NCBI GenBank assembly: GCA_050084515.1
Contig: CM114271.1
Location: 44,764,001-44,828,000 of the forward strand
From: Blasia pusilla
Taxonomy: Eukaryota
DNA length: 64,000 nt
Direction: 5' to 3'
Each line of letters starts with the position of its first letter. The first letter of the stretch is position 1. The notes below the pieces were generated by a model, which saw nothing but the letters and a program-made list of their open reading frames with translations, was not told the origin of the DNA and made no database searches. Shown here piece by piece: positions 26,601 to 39,737 of the stretch. Position numbers and translations under genes: made by a program.

Positions 26601-27851
26601 CCAGGGCCCAAAATGAAGCCCTATTTGGGGCTCTATGGAGTTTTGCGTATAACAATATCGACATTAGAATAAATTGGACTTATTATTATGTACAAAATGG
26701 ATTTGGAAGAGGGAGAATTCTGTACCCCGTCCGACCGCCAGGAAAACGACTCTCGGTGGTCGGAAGGAAGAAACCGGTGCGAATGAATTTGGAGTTGTAA
26801 TTTTAGTCATGTGGATGGATATTTGGTCGTTTCCTTCCAAGGGTCGGAATGAAGGAGAGGGCGTAAAGCTGCTCCGGGGGGAGGGAGGGGGGACTGAGGG
26901 ACCTAGGGGCAGGAAGACTCCCGGAAGACGAGCATTCTCGGGGACATCAAAGCGAAGAATCTAATACGGATGTAAAGACATCTGTCATCATTGCGATGCC
27001 GCTGTGAATTTCCCGTCGATGGGGGGGATAAGATTTGGAGCCGGTGAAGCTCCCTCCTGCCCTGCGCGAAGTGATGTGGGGGCTGAGCTGGACGTGACAG
27101 GAGAGACGGAGGACGAACGGAGGACGGGGCTGCGATGTGGGAGACGTGGTGAGGAGTGGGACAACTCTTTACAGCACAGTTATGGCTATTTCCTTCCGCC
27201 ACCCTCTCCAATAGCTAGGGGCCGTACCTGTCGCTATTTCCTTCCCCAGGAATGTCCCCGGGACGACGACGACGGACGGATAAATGCGTCTTACCTTCCG
27301 CGCCTATCTAAGCTAGGTCTAACTAACTCGGCGTGGCTGCTCCGTCCACGGCAGGAACTCCTCTACTTCTCGGAGTCTCAGACTCAGACGCAGAGGCAGG
27401 ACTCAGGAGAGCGGTTCCGCACGCGGCCCGGCCCGGCCCCCGGCGAGAGTGGAGGCCGCCAGAAGTAGCGGAGTCCGTGGGAACTTACTATACTGGGAAG
27501 GTAGGTTGCTGCAGACCCCTGCGTGTCGCTCCCAGCTCCTACCGTAGGAGATGGGATCATGGGAGGACACGCGGGGGACTCTGCAGGAAGCGAAACAGCT
27601 CGACAGACGCCAGACCAGAGGAAGGAAGAAAGCGAAGCAATTGATCGCCTGCAGTGGCTGCTGCCGGTCTTCATTGTGTCCGCCTCGTCTCCTGCCCGAT
27701 GTTCGTTATGCGAATCCAAGGAAAAGTGGCAGGAGCTGTCGTTGCAGTCGTCAGCGTGCGTTGAGTTCATCGAGAAAGGAATCGGAAGGAGGAGTGGGGC
27801 CCCGGCAGGCAGGCAGGCAGGGCAGGGCATGGAGCCAAGGGAGACTCGGGG

Positions 27852-27886
27852 AGATAGATAGATAGATAGATGGATGGATAGATAGA
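27852..27886. repeat. (GATA/GATG)n microsatellite in GC-rich, UTR-like island
   Basis: Read directly; (GGCA)n, (TCGC)n and (GTTT/GTTC)n also occur within 27800-28520. Confidence 0.85.
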
Positions 27887-30506
27887 TTGAGAGACGGACG
27901 GGCAACGGGGAAATGCGGAGGTTGGGGACGGGTGAAATCGGATGGATCCTTATCCTCCGCTCTTCAATGATGCAGGTCAATGATTTTCAAGTTGGGCTCG
28001 AAATTGCGTACGATGTTGAGAGATCTTTTCGTTGCTATCGAGAGAAACAGGAGGAACAATTCTCGGGTCCAGAAAGCGTCCCGTTTCCGATTCCCAGACC
28101 TCCTCTGTGGTTCCGGAAACAAACAGGACAACTCCCTGGAGAAACCCGATCCTCCCTCTTCTCACCCTCTCGCTATCGCTCTCTCTCTCTCGCTCGCTCG
28201 CTCGCATGCAGGGGAGAAGATGGATCAGGTGGAAGACCTGGAGCGGGATCCGACGACAAAGGCTAAAAGAAACTCAATCAACGACTCCGTAAAGCGTGCG
28301 CGGTAGCCCTCATCCTGATCCCGTGGGCGTGGGTGGGGATTGGAAGCAAGGCATCTCTCTCGTCCTCACTACCGATGCATGCACGTTGCTCCAATCGAGG
28401 GAACGGGTCGCTCTTGACACGGGAGACAAGTTGGTGGAGATGTGGCTTGCGAAAGGAAACTCACCAAACACCCCAGCGCTTGTTTGGTGAGTTTCCGCTC
28501 GTTTGTTTGTTCGTTCGTTCGCTCCTCCCAACTCCCACGACCGCTTCTCTTTGGTCGTTTGCTTTCTACCGCTTTATCTGCTAATAATGTCGCGCGGCGG
28601 CTCTTGTCACGCTGCGAGATTAGGCTTCCCGTCCGTCCGTCGCCCTTGTGCTCACCTTCCGTTCTCTTAACCCCCAGAAAGGCGGTCAATGCCCTCGGCC
28701 TCGGCTACCGCCCTCGCCTGAAACTTCTCGCCACCATCAAGTCGTACGTTTTATGTCTCGCTCTTCTTTTCATTTCACGTACGTTGATTCTCGTTCTTTC
28801 TTGGCCATTAGCCGACGGTTATTAGTACCCCTCTATCTAATATCTGTCCATGCTGCGAGTTCATGGAGGGCTCCATTCCATCCATGGCTATGCTCGCCTA
28901 TGCTCTAGGTCATCCTCTCGAGCTCTCATCGGGAAGACAAAAGGCCGTACTATCTTAACAACAAATATCTATTTTGGTATTCTAACATTTCTTCGGGCTT
29001 AGGAGTCGATAGGACCATGCTTTCCAAATACCATGCGGTATTCGCTTTGTGATTCCTTAACCCCGTTTGAAATCTGGAAGGTGGTATTAATGCATCGGGA
29101 AATAATAATGTAGCTTGGAGGTGGTTTTGTAAATCTGCTATATTTCTCTCCACGAAATTTTTATATGGGGAAAATTACATCCCAATATGAAATTCTACCT
29201 CGAAATACACTTTCTTTTTTCTTCACTATCTAACTTATCCATGTGTCTATCACACCAATCTAATAATTAATTCTCCTCCCCAATTCCCCCCTCTCAAGGC
29301 CACACAAAAGTTAATGTTAGATCTATTACTTGGTGTTTTCGGGTCCCCATGATGCAATGGGCCATAGGAATCTTTCTTGACCCCTCCTCAAAAGGTTCAT
29401 TCCTCTTTGTCTCTATGGTCTTAGTCAATATGTCCCATCCTCCCTTACCCTAGGCTTATCTGTTGGTAAGAATGGAGAGGGTAGGAGGAAGCTTTGTCCT
29501 TTCCTCCTCCCATCCCTTGTAGCCTTTATCGCCTTCCAAATTTACCTCCTATATCTCATCCCATAGAAATATGGAATTAAAAACTTTCTTATGTAAACTT
29601 CCGCTATTGAAAATGTATATCGCCTCCTCTCCGCCTACGGAATTCAACACTTCAAATTCTTATTAAAAAAAACTCTTCATGAGGAAATCCTGCCTTTTTT
29701 TAAATTTCTCCTTTGATTTCTAATTCCCTTTATTGAAAATTCAATTTTCGGAATAAAAATCAAACACTTGGAAAATCTATTCCTTATGAATCCCTCAGAA
29801 AATTTATCCATCTCTCCTTCTTCTTACCTTCCCCAATTGAAATAAGTTCAACCTTATGTCTATTCCCCACATTTGCAAATGAAACACTTAAAAAAAAAAT
29901 CTTTATAAAACCCTCCCTTTTTGAAAATTTCTCCATTTTTCTCTTCCCCTTGCCAACTAAAAATTAAACATTATCTCTTTCCCCCGTTTCTAGAAAATCA
30001 AACATATAAACAAGGTTTCCTCTGGAAGCTTTCTAATGTTGAAAATTTATCTATTTCCCTCTTCCCCTCCCCTAGAGGTTTATCAAGCCTTGCATATACA
30101 TCTATATTATCATTTGTGCTAGCCATGTTTATTTGTGTTTCTATTTTAGAATGGCCCTATTTTGGGGTCTTATTTGACATTTCGGATAGTAAAAATGGCC
30201 ATAATGTGGTTTGCTTGATAAGGATTAGATTCGCCACCAATATGCATAAGTGAACCAGGCAATCCTTCAAATAGTGAGGGAATATGACCATAAGAGATTT
30301 GAACTCAGTTTGTGATTGTTGAGCTTACTAGCATGAAGAGCCCCATGCTTTAATTTTTCCTGGTTAATAATCCAAGTCTATTTTCTAAAAGACTAGCCTT
30401 GGATTGACCATGACCTTTGAAATAGTTATGTGAGAGTTTGTCGATTGCGAGAGCTTCATTATGTTAATATCATAGGGTGCGATAGAAAGTTATTGGAATA
30501 TTTCAT

Positions 30507-30675
30507 TGTTGCACAAAAATAGACAAGTCTGTCCCTAGAACAAACATGGACACACAAGTCTCGACATATCTACGGACATGAATTGTAAGAGATGGGACCC
30601 ATAGTTATAGCTTATGGTTAAAGGTAGAACAAGGGTGGGTGGGGCAATAAGGGGGGGGGGAGGGAGTGGAGGTAG
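30507..30675 (+). repeat. Dispersed repeat, copy of 3568-3735
   Basis: Aligns by eye with 3568-3735; lies just upstream of a gag-pro fragment. Confidence 0.7.
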
Positions 30676-31055
30676 GGGAATATATATCAGAGATAAACGG
30701 ATATATATATAAAATGATAATGAGAAGATGTTTCCTCACCTTACATATGATTCGTCTCATTTTAAGCCTAGATATTACTACATCTTTTAGGATATGGTGG
30801 AAGATAGGGTGTTGGAATCCAAATGTCCTCATGATGGATTATCGATGTGGCTTAACAATATTATCTGTCATTAAAAATGGAGTTAGTGATATATGTCATT
30901 TCTACTTCAATATTACACGAGAAAGATATGATTTTCTCGTAGCGACTAGATATAGGAGTAATGATATAATATGGTGGATAATAATATTGGTGAATGGAGT
31001 GACGGCGATGGCGTTGAACAACGTAGAACCAATGCCATAACTGGTGGATTAGAAT

Positions 31056-33200
31056 GTGTCGGGTTTATCCAAGGAGATGGATCATTACTGTCGTACGAGG
31101 CAACGTGACTCATTAGCAGTTGCCATCGCCTCTGCAGAAGCTTACAAGGCCTCGGAGAAGTCCTGGCGGACGCGGAAGAAGAGAGACAAGCTCTTCATCA
31201 GAGGAGTCTTCGCCGTCTTCCGACTCTGCGGATACCTCGACAGGCAGCACTAGCAACGAAGACTCAGAGTCTAAGGAGGACTCCAAGGGAAACAAGAAGA
31301 AGAAAGCAAGACGCCCAAGGCGGTCTTCATCCTCAGGGAAAGGGCGTAGGGACCAGAGCGCGAAGACAGAGAGCCGTAAGTTGGTAAGTCCCACCCGTAA
31401 GACTAAGAAGGATGGGGAGAAATCCGCCATCAGTGAATTGACAAAAAAATGGATGAATTAAAGGTACACTTGGCGGCCCAAAAGGATCCTCGAAGAAGGG
31501 CGGGTCTTATGCGGCTTAACATATGGTGCAGTGCTTGTGGGACTCAAGGGCATACAGTGGCGTAGTGCCCGTTGCAACGCGATTTACGTTGGATGCAAGA
31601 AGAACCCTCAAGGGAAGAAGGATGGTATGAAGCAGACCACTGGGAGGGATGCTATGCGATTCAGGAAGTTCCTGGGGCTAGTACTTCTCGTAGGTGGATC
31701 CCCAGATACGTGCCGCTCGAATATGGAGACCAGAGGCCTCTACGTTAGATCATGGGACCCGTAGCATTCACCCCATCCATCAAAAGAAATTGCTACAATA
31801 ATTGTAGGGCAGTCGATCACTGGGCAAACAACTGTCCCAACCCAAAGAGACCAATGGGGTTGAATCCCATGTGTGGTAATTGCAAGAAGGGAGAACACAC
31901 TACGGTGGAGTGCCCGGAACCTCAAGTGCCGCGACTCTTGGTCAAATATGTCACCACCCCATCAGCACCAACCAAAACCAAGAATGATGTTAATGTACAG
32001 CTAGTGCGTGTGGAAGATGTCACCTCACCAAGGATGCCAAGGAAGAAGACAATTAAGGAAGAAGACCCTACAACAAAGATCGAAGAAGAGTCCTCAGATT
32101 GGCCCGAAGACATTCTCAACAAGGTTTTCGTAGTGGAAACCAGGTCCAAATCTAAGAAGAAGACTGTGAGAGCGGAGACCCCAAAATCTTCATCATCTCG
32201 AAGTGTTCCGTCTACGAAGAAACCGGTTGAGACGTTTCGAGCGGGGAAAGCTATTTTGAAAGGTGATGAGGACCCGGATTTTGATCGTAACCATCCAAAG
32301 TACTTCCATCCAGAAGTAGCGAAGCGGGTTTGTAAACAAGTTCAGGAAGAACAAGCAAGGGGAGTCTTCGCGCAAGGATCCTTACACAAGCACAAAGAGG
32401 TAAAAATGGAGACCTCGCTAGCTTCCCTTTTGGTGATGGAAGCTTACAACTTGCTGAAGGATTTAGCTGCCAGCCAAGCAAATATATCCTTATTGCAGTT
32501 ACTTATGGATAATCCCATTTATGGGAAAATTCTCCAACATTTGAAGGTTGGACATAAGAAGAAGGCAGGAGCAAAGAAGCTCCCAGTGGTGGATTTGCTT
32601 CGCATAGAAGTTGAAGACATTGGTGCGCCGCAAGTGGAAGTTGAAATTGAAGGGCATACCATCAAGAAGGTCCCTATAGATTTCGGAAGTGGGATCAACA
32701 TCATGACAGAGCAGACCGCGCATGCTTTGGGTTACACTAAGTATGAACCCACCGATAAGTATTTACGCATTGCGGATAAGTCTCGTAAGCGGCCCTTGGG
32801 GCAGCTTACCCATATACCCCCTATGATAGGAGAGGTGCTATTTCTAGTAGACTATCTGGTCCTTCAGCCTTTGGCACTCACAGGTTACCCCTTACTTGTT
32901 GGAAGACTGTGGCTTTATGAGGCTCAAGTCAATACGGATTGGAAAAGACGAAGATTCGCTTTCTAAGCTCCATCCAATACTTCAAAGAAGTTGGTGAAGT
33001 TGTCTTGGAAGTCTTGGCCGTCTCAGGGAGAGACATCTGCCACGGATGAGGGGTATACCTCGGATCAAGACCTGGAAGTTGATACAGAGTCCTCGTCCTA
33101 TGTGTGCTATCTGGAGTGCTATGAGATAGATGAAGAATTTCTACAATGAGAGCGAATCAAGTCTCGTCCAAGGGAGGAGGAGCTCAACGAGTTTTACAAG
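31056..33200 (+). pseudogene. Truncated Ty3/Gypsy gag-protease of an unrelated family
   Basis: Zinc knuckles CSACGTQGH, CYNNCRAVDHWANNC, CGNCKKGEHTTVEC; protease VPIDFGSGINIM...LLVGRLWL; no RT follows. Confidence 0.8.
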
Positions 33201-33219
33201 ACGGTGAGAACAAACCTTT

Positions 33220-33638
33220 GGCGTTGATCTAATAAATGCGGACCCAAATGGCTAAATCCACCGGAAAGCCCTCAAAAACACCTCCAAAGTTTTATCACCA
33301 TCAAAGCTCCACCTTAAATTTGCATCCAGTGAGCTCCGAACAAAATTTCCTTCTCCCAAACTGAAATTTTGCCTTCTCTTGCCTCACTTCTCTCCTCAAA
33401 CGCCAAAAATTTCAAGTGATGTTCTTCTATAACTCTGATACCATGTAGAAAATTGCTAAAGAAGCATAACTGGTGGGAAACATCACTCTCACTTGTATAC
33501 CACAATGGAGAACGAAATTTTGCAATGAGAGAATGAGTGGAGGTTGATCCCCTTCTCAATTATGTAGGGTATGTACAAGCAACCCTAACCCTAATCTTGA
33601 CCATAGTCTTGAGTTAGACTAACTATGATTAATTAACA
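33220..33638 (-). mobile_element. 5' fragment of an LTR element: short LTR (~33444-33638), tRNA-iMet PBS (33433-33443) and leader
   Basis: Minus strand reads TGTTAATT...TTCTACA then TGGTATCAGAG; boundaries approximate. Confidence 0.6.
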
Positions 33639-34177
33639 TATCGTACGTCTACTCTCCTTGAACGTTAATCTTTATTGTTGTGAAAGCGTGTGTTCAGTAG
33701 GTCACTCTCTCAACGATGATCTGCATCCAAACACGCACTCACGTTAGTCGGGTTTGGATCAATCAACAGTTCTAACTCGCCAAGTCCTCGACTCGGCCTC
33801 TCATGACGCTTGTCATGACCATACGGATTATGTCGTAGAGTATAGTGTGCTAGTAGAGGCCATACCTTATGTAGGGCCATAATGTCTAGCTAGAGATGCG
33901 GTTTCATACATAGGGTTGGGGGTTACTCAGTTGAGGGTGACTTTTCCAGTAGGGCCCGCTCTTAGGTTGGAGGATATAGTGTGGAGTGCACTCAAAGAAC
34001 AGTTAGTTCTTTGAGTTGACCCTGTTGCGTTGGGAGTTAGCCTTGGTAGTGAGTAGAGCTACTGGCTATGGTGGTTCCCGCAAGCTTCGACCTGGATTAT
34101 CCCATCGTGGAGTGGGTTTGGCTTGATTGTATGTGATTCTATACGTATTTTATGACAATAGGTCTTTCAGGGATTTC

Positions 34178-34190
34178 ACTCAAAGAACTA
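34178..34190 (+). promoter_or_regulatory. Self-priming-type PBS of copy B (ACTCAAAGAACTA)
   Basis: Exact reverse complement of TAGTTCTTTGAGT at 34004-34016, about 30 nt after ATATA at 33974. Confidence 0.65.
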
Positions 34191-35694
34191 GAGTAGATCG
34201 ATGGTAGCTTCGATTGTGGATCAGTAGGATCTGGTTAGGGCTGATTGTGTACTCAGCTGTGGATGTTCGTGGCTTGTGGCCTATGTTGGAGGTGGAAATC
34301 TGGTGCATGATTGGTTGGGAAAGAAGCGCCTTGTTGAGAACTTTCCAACGCGCTTTAGATCGCCAAATTTTGTCAAGGGAGTTGGAGTTATCAAGGATTG
34401 AAGATTTTGTTTCGTGTTCGACGGTTTTTTGATATGGAGAGCTTGGAGTGCGGAAGCTCTATTGAAGTTCATCCAGATCGGGTGAGAGGTTCCTATTGCT
34501 ACATGTATTGTGATCTCATGTGAAGCTATCTGGTTGAGTGTGTGGAGCGTTGCGGAATCTGGGCGGAAGCGTTGTCCAATTTGCGATTCTGAAGGTGAAT
34601 GGATAGCAAGTTTGTCTGATTTTTAGCTTGGAGTATGGAGCTTGGTTGTAGCTGATTTTTTGTGGAGAGATAGCTATGGTGGCCAATTGAATTTTGGTTG
34701 AAACAGATTCAATTTTGGTTGATGTTTTGTGGAGTAATTGCTGATCAAAAGTTTGCGGACTAGCTCAAGGTTTGGCTATGGTGGACAGCAGATCGGAGGG
34801 GTTGGTTGGTTGGTTGGTGATTCGTCCATTGTTGGAGACGCCTATCCCATTGGGGGCGCCCTGGTTGGGCCTCTCTCCATAGCGAAGCATGGCGAAGCGT
34901 GGCGAACGGGGCATGTCTCGAGCATTTTGAGGCTTTGAGGCAACTGGTGGTAGCTCGGGGCGAGTGGGTGTGAGAGGCGGAGTAAGGAGCAAGGAGCAAG
35001 TAAGCAAGCTTGCTTGCTTGGGCGTGAGGCAATTTTGCTGGATTTGTAATTTGAGTGTTGCATAAATGATCACCCATCTTTGGGCTATTCTGCCTGGAAG
35101 ACGCTTAACTGCTAAGTTCTTAACTATGCTAGTGTACACACTGGTGTAGCTCATTTGGTGTTGTTTGGAGATGTGTTAAGCGCTTTATGCATCTCAGGTT
35201 TTTGGTTGATGGACCTCTAGCGCATAGTACGGTGTAGCCTCTTCATGCACGTGATATTTTCAGGTGCTGCGAGTCCGACCAACACGTCATCGACCCGCAT
35301 CGTAGTAGCTAGTGCGTTAGAATTGTGTGGTGGGTTTTGTGGATTTAGGGGGGCGCCACGTTTGGTGGATTGTGTTACCTTGATTTCCATTTGCGATTGG
35401 AGGGTTATCGTTGGACTTCCTATGTTTGGATCCCCTCCATCGTTGCTTCTTGCTTGCGCGCCCATTGTTAGAGTTGACGCTGATTTCCAGAGTAGTGTTA
35501 CTCCTGTGTGCTACCGGTAGTGAGGCTGGAGTGATGACCAGTAGACCGTGGGAGGCTTCTTGTGGTGATGATAGGTTAGGTTGCCTACACCCATAGCTAG
35601 TAGAGCTAGAATAGTACATCGACATCGGCGTCACTTGGTTACTTAGTGATGGTAATTTGGTGGTGGTGCGGCATCGACGTTAGTCATCACGGAG

Positions 35695-37110
35695 TTGTCT
35701 GGTGGTCTGGTTGTGGACCGTGTTGCGGAGAGTGGTGGTTTTACACGGAGTGGATTGAGGTATCGACTACCTTTTCCACTTCCCACGGTTGATGAAGAGG
35801 AGGACGAAGGTGTTCCAAACATCGAGTCTTCTACGTTGTTATCGAGTGTTGCAGCTCCATTGATTTGGGACATGGACGGGATATATGGGGCCATGAAGGG
35901 CCCACGACAATACTCAGGTGAAGTGGGCACCATTAAGTTGGAGGACTTCATTCAGGAGTTTGATACGTGGTGTGATATGCAGATGTTGCGAAACGCCACG
36001 TTGTTTACACCCTTCTTGGCTTGGAAGGGGTTGTTTCAGCACTTGGAGGGACCACCCATGGATGATTACCATGAGTTTAGGAAGGACCATGTTGCTTAGA
36101 TTGAAGCGTGGAGACAATATTGGTCTCCAATCTATGAATCTCTCACCCATGGTGGTATTGGTAGTAGTGCTCCTACTATGTCAGCCAGCCCGACGTTGAG
36201 TGGTACGAGTACGAGCCGGAGTGGGGGTAGCCATGGAGGTACCAGTGGAGGTACTAGTGGAGGTACTAGTGCCCCACCATACTTCAGCCCGGTTGTAGAG
36301 TTCTTCAAGATGTTGAAGAAGAACTATCAGGGAGTGAAGACAAAGAAGTTGAGGAGTCTCCAAGAATTTGAGCGAAAGACTGGTGAGAGTCTTCGTGAGG
36401 CATACACTCATATGTGACGCTTGATTTAAGTTATCTAGGGTGTGATTGAGGCTCAGGAAGTCCAATTTTGGTATGGGATCTTGGACAGAGAGTTGCGCCG
36501 CAGGGTACGTGATGCTACTCTTATGAGTGATGATTCACCCACATTGACCCATGTATTTGCTCTATCTGAGAAGATTGAGCTTAACATGATGGAGGAGAGA
36601 GTGGTGATATCCGCATTCAATAGGGATACAACAACTACTTCTCGTGTTCAGCAGTTCACCTCAAAGTCTCGTAGTAGTGGTGGTGGTAGTAGTAGTGGGA
36701 GTCGTGGGAGGTACACACGACCTCAGTCAGGTCCTAGAGGGATACTTGCGTAGAGACCATTGCCTTCATTTGCTGCCCCGCAGCAAGGACAGTCATGTTG
36801 GACATGTGGAGGTGATCATGTTAGAAGGGTTTGTCCCCAAGAGGATGGGAGACGGACTTTGGAGGATGGGCCTCAGTCGGCCCCAACTCAGTGTGATCAT
36901 TGCGGGAGACCAGGTCATCCTCGAGAGCGTTGCTTTGATCTTCATCCTGAGTTGAGATCAGGCTGCGGCCATGGTGGAGTAGCTCCGAGAGGCCGAGGTG
37001 GTAGAGGTGGTAGGGGTGGTAGAGGTGGACCAGTGGTTGGAGAGCCTACGTTGGCTACCCCTACCACTATGACAGAGTCAGCTATGGCTGCCAGGATTGA
37101 GCAGTTGGAG
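35695..37110 (+). pseudogene. gag: Gag with two zinc knuckles and RGG tract, copy B
   Basis: EDFIQEFDTWCD..., CWTCGGDHVRRVC, CDHCGRPGHPRERC, RGRGGRGGRGG; single frame with stops. Confidence 0.85.
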
Positions 37111-37806
37111 TAGAAGTTGGGTACTATGGCTGGTATTCAGCATAGAGCAGGTTCGAGAGCAAGGGATTCCACCTCTTATGGAGGGGATGATCTCTCTTAT
37201 ATGGCGAGTGCAAAGACCTGAGGTTGAGGCATCACAGCAGCGATTCTGAGAGGAGCCACTCGAGCGTCAGAGCCACGTGGTGCTACTGTAGAGTTGGACC
37301 CATAGAGGGGTGAGGCTGGGAGGCAAGCTAGGCTTCCCCAATCATTCTTATTGTCTGAGGTGCTTAGGACTCCATCCATGGTTCCTACGCATCCTATTGA
37401 GCCTACAGTGGGGACTGAGGCATCTACATCGCATGTAGTAGACACGGACGCAGCATCTAGTGCAGTATTGCGGATGGCAACTTCAGTGTTGGGATTCCCA
37501 TTGTTTTCGGTCACAGAGCTGATGGCTTTAGGAGTTGACTTAGCTCCTGTATTTCAGCTAGCAGCCACGTTGTGTGAACGTGGGGGTATTACTGCTACAC
37601 GTGCTGAGGTCGATGAACGTGTTACGGTGGAGCGACCCTCTATGTCAGGTATAGCATTGAGTACCAGTGCTACTTGGCAAGCAGCAGCAGCGAAGATGGA
37701 TGCATTACCAGCCCGACCAGCCATTGATCGTGAGAGGCTTACACTTGGTGTATGTATGTTGGACAACCGGAGTGGGATATTCCGATTGGTGAGTCCTACA
37801 GGATAG

Positions 37807-38106
37807 GTGTATAGACCAGATAGAGTCTTGTTAGAATCTGGTGCCCAAACTTTGATGTTGCGAAAGGCGGCATGTATTGGTTTGGGTATTCGGAGGTCAA
37901 AGCTTGAGCCTTGCCCATTCCAGATTCAAACATCATTTGGAGGAGCCAATGATAGGTCTCAATTCATGACACGGGAGAAGTTGTCTGTACAATTGAGACC
38001 AGATCATGCGACTGATAGCTCCCGGTTGGGAGTACCTACATTGGTCACATCAGTCGAGCAGTATTGTAACCGATGGGTTTTCAGATGGACTACTGGACTG
38101 AGATAG
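37807..38106 (+). pseudogene. Aspartic protease, copy B
   Basis: VLLESGAQTLML (copy C has FLLDSGAHPLML). Confidence 0.75.
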
Positions 38107-38537
38107 CGTCTTAAAGACCTGGTTGGCAGTCCGAGGATGGACATATGAGCCAGATTCTTGTGAGATTTATTTATGGGGCTCGACCTGGAGGCTCTTCCCC
38201 AACGGTGTTAGCATCTGTGGCTGGTTTTAGTGGAGTAGTCACTTGGCCATGAGACTTTTTGGAGGGTAATCTTTGTGCTATGGATTCTCCTTTGCATGAG
38301 GAGGTAGAGGAGGTCCCTAGTTTTTCAGAAGTGGCATCCTCATCGTTGGATGTGCCACTTTGGAGTTCAGGCGGTGCACTACCGCAAGAGGCTGATCGCC
38401 TAGTGCAGGAGGCTTGGTGTGAGGCTGTTATACCTCATGAGGAAGAGGAGGCCCCATGGCGGACTCCTACTTCTGGTCCAGTTGGGTTATGCCCTTTGGA
38501 TACTACACCCATTGTATGGCATTATCCGCCGGAGGGC

Positions 38538-39470
38538 ATTTGTGTGTTAGATCTCTTTGGTGGGATTAGCACTGGTTTGGCTGCAGTGTTGCAGACCGGT
38601 ATTCTTGGGCGGAGATACGTGTATGTGGAGGGAGATGAGATGGCCCAGAGAGTCTCATCCCGACATATCGGTCAGTTGATGCGGAGATATCCTGAGTTGT
38701 TGCCACCATCAGCTATTCGTGGGTACCAGCGTGCTTTGCCGTCACACATTGCATTGTTGGGGGCGTAGGACCTTGAGAGGGTTGGTCCTGTGGATTTGGT
38801 GATTGTTGGATGGCCATATCAGGGTCATACACGTGCTGGTCGTGGTGAGGGATTACACAACCCTAGGTCTCGATTATTTTGGGAGATGTTATGGGTGTTA
38901 CGACATCTTCACGTTCATCAAGCACGTGCTCCAGCTTACATTTTGGAGAATGTTCCATTGTTGGGTGACACTTGGACCCGGATGATGGCAAGTGTTCATG
39001 AGGTGCGGTCTTGGATTGGACCAGTGGTGTTGTTGGATGCAGCGCGAGTTGGCTCGCGTGCACATTGTTCACGCTTGTGGTGGACAAACTTGTTGCCTAG
39101 GGAGGTTCTACGTCGAGCATATGATGTAGTGCAGCGGGATCCTTGCCTTACAGTGGATAGTATTTTGGATACAGGGCGACTTTCTCAGGTGGTGAGGGTT
39201 ATTGATCAGTCACCCATGGCAGTGGTGAACCGTGTGGGCCAGCCTAGGATGGCACTACCCACATTTGTGAGTTTTCCCTCGTCACATGCCTACATGGAAG
39301 GTGGTCCTGGGCTTGTATGGGATTCTCATGTGCGACAGTTGGTGGAGCCTAACGCTGATGAGAGAGAGTGTGCGATGGGATTTGCTACCGGTGTGACAGC
39401 AATTGCTTCCATTTCTGAGGCTTCACGAAGTCATATGTTGGGTCAAGCCATGGACTTGAATTGTTTGACC
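38538..39470 (+). pseudogene. C5 cytosine DNA methyltransferase domain (DNMT3-like), copy B
   Basis: VLDLFGGISTG, YVE, DLVIVGWPYQG (catalytic Cys to Tyr, TAT 38817-38819), ILENV, AHCSRLWWTNL, ERECAMGF, LGQAMD. Confidence 0.92.
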
Positions 39471-39737
39471 TGGATTTTGAGTCTTGGGATGGCCAAGCAG
39501 CGTCGACTTTGGACTATGTCTATGGGTCTTCCACCCCTTGTGATGAGATTGATGGCTACCGGGATGGTAGAGACATCGGCTGGGGGCGAGGAGAATAGCA
39601 TTTTGCATCCTTGGAGTAAATGGGATGTAATGGTTGGGCATGTGGAGTTGGTTGCTCATGCCGGTGGAGGAGTTATTTGCTCAGATGATGGTATAGCTAA
39701 GGGTGTACCATCTTGTGAGGGGGTTGCCTAGCAGCCA

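Noticed and set aside
27004-28908. Many overlapping 70-200 aa ORFs on both strands
   Set aside because: Expected from GC-rich, low-complexity sequence; no recognisable domain
33581-33594. AACCCTAACCCTAA telomere-like motif
   Set aside because: Only two units, inside an LTR
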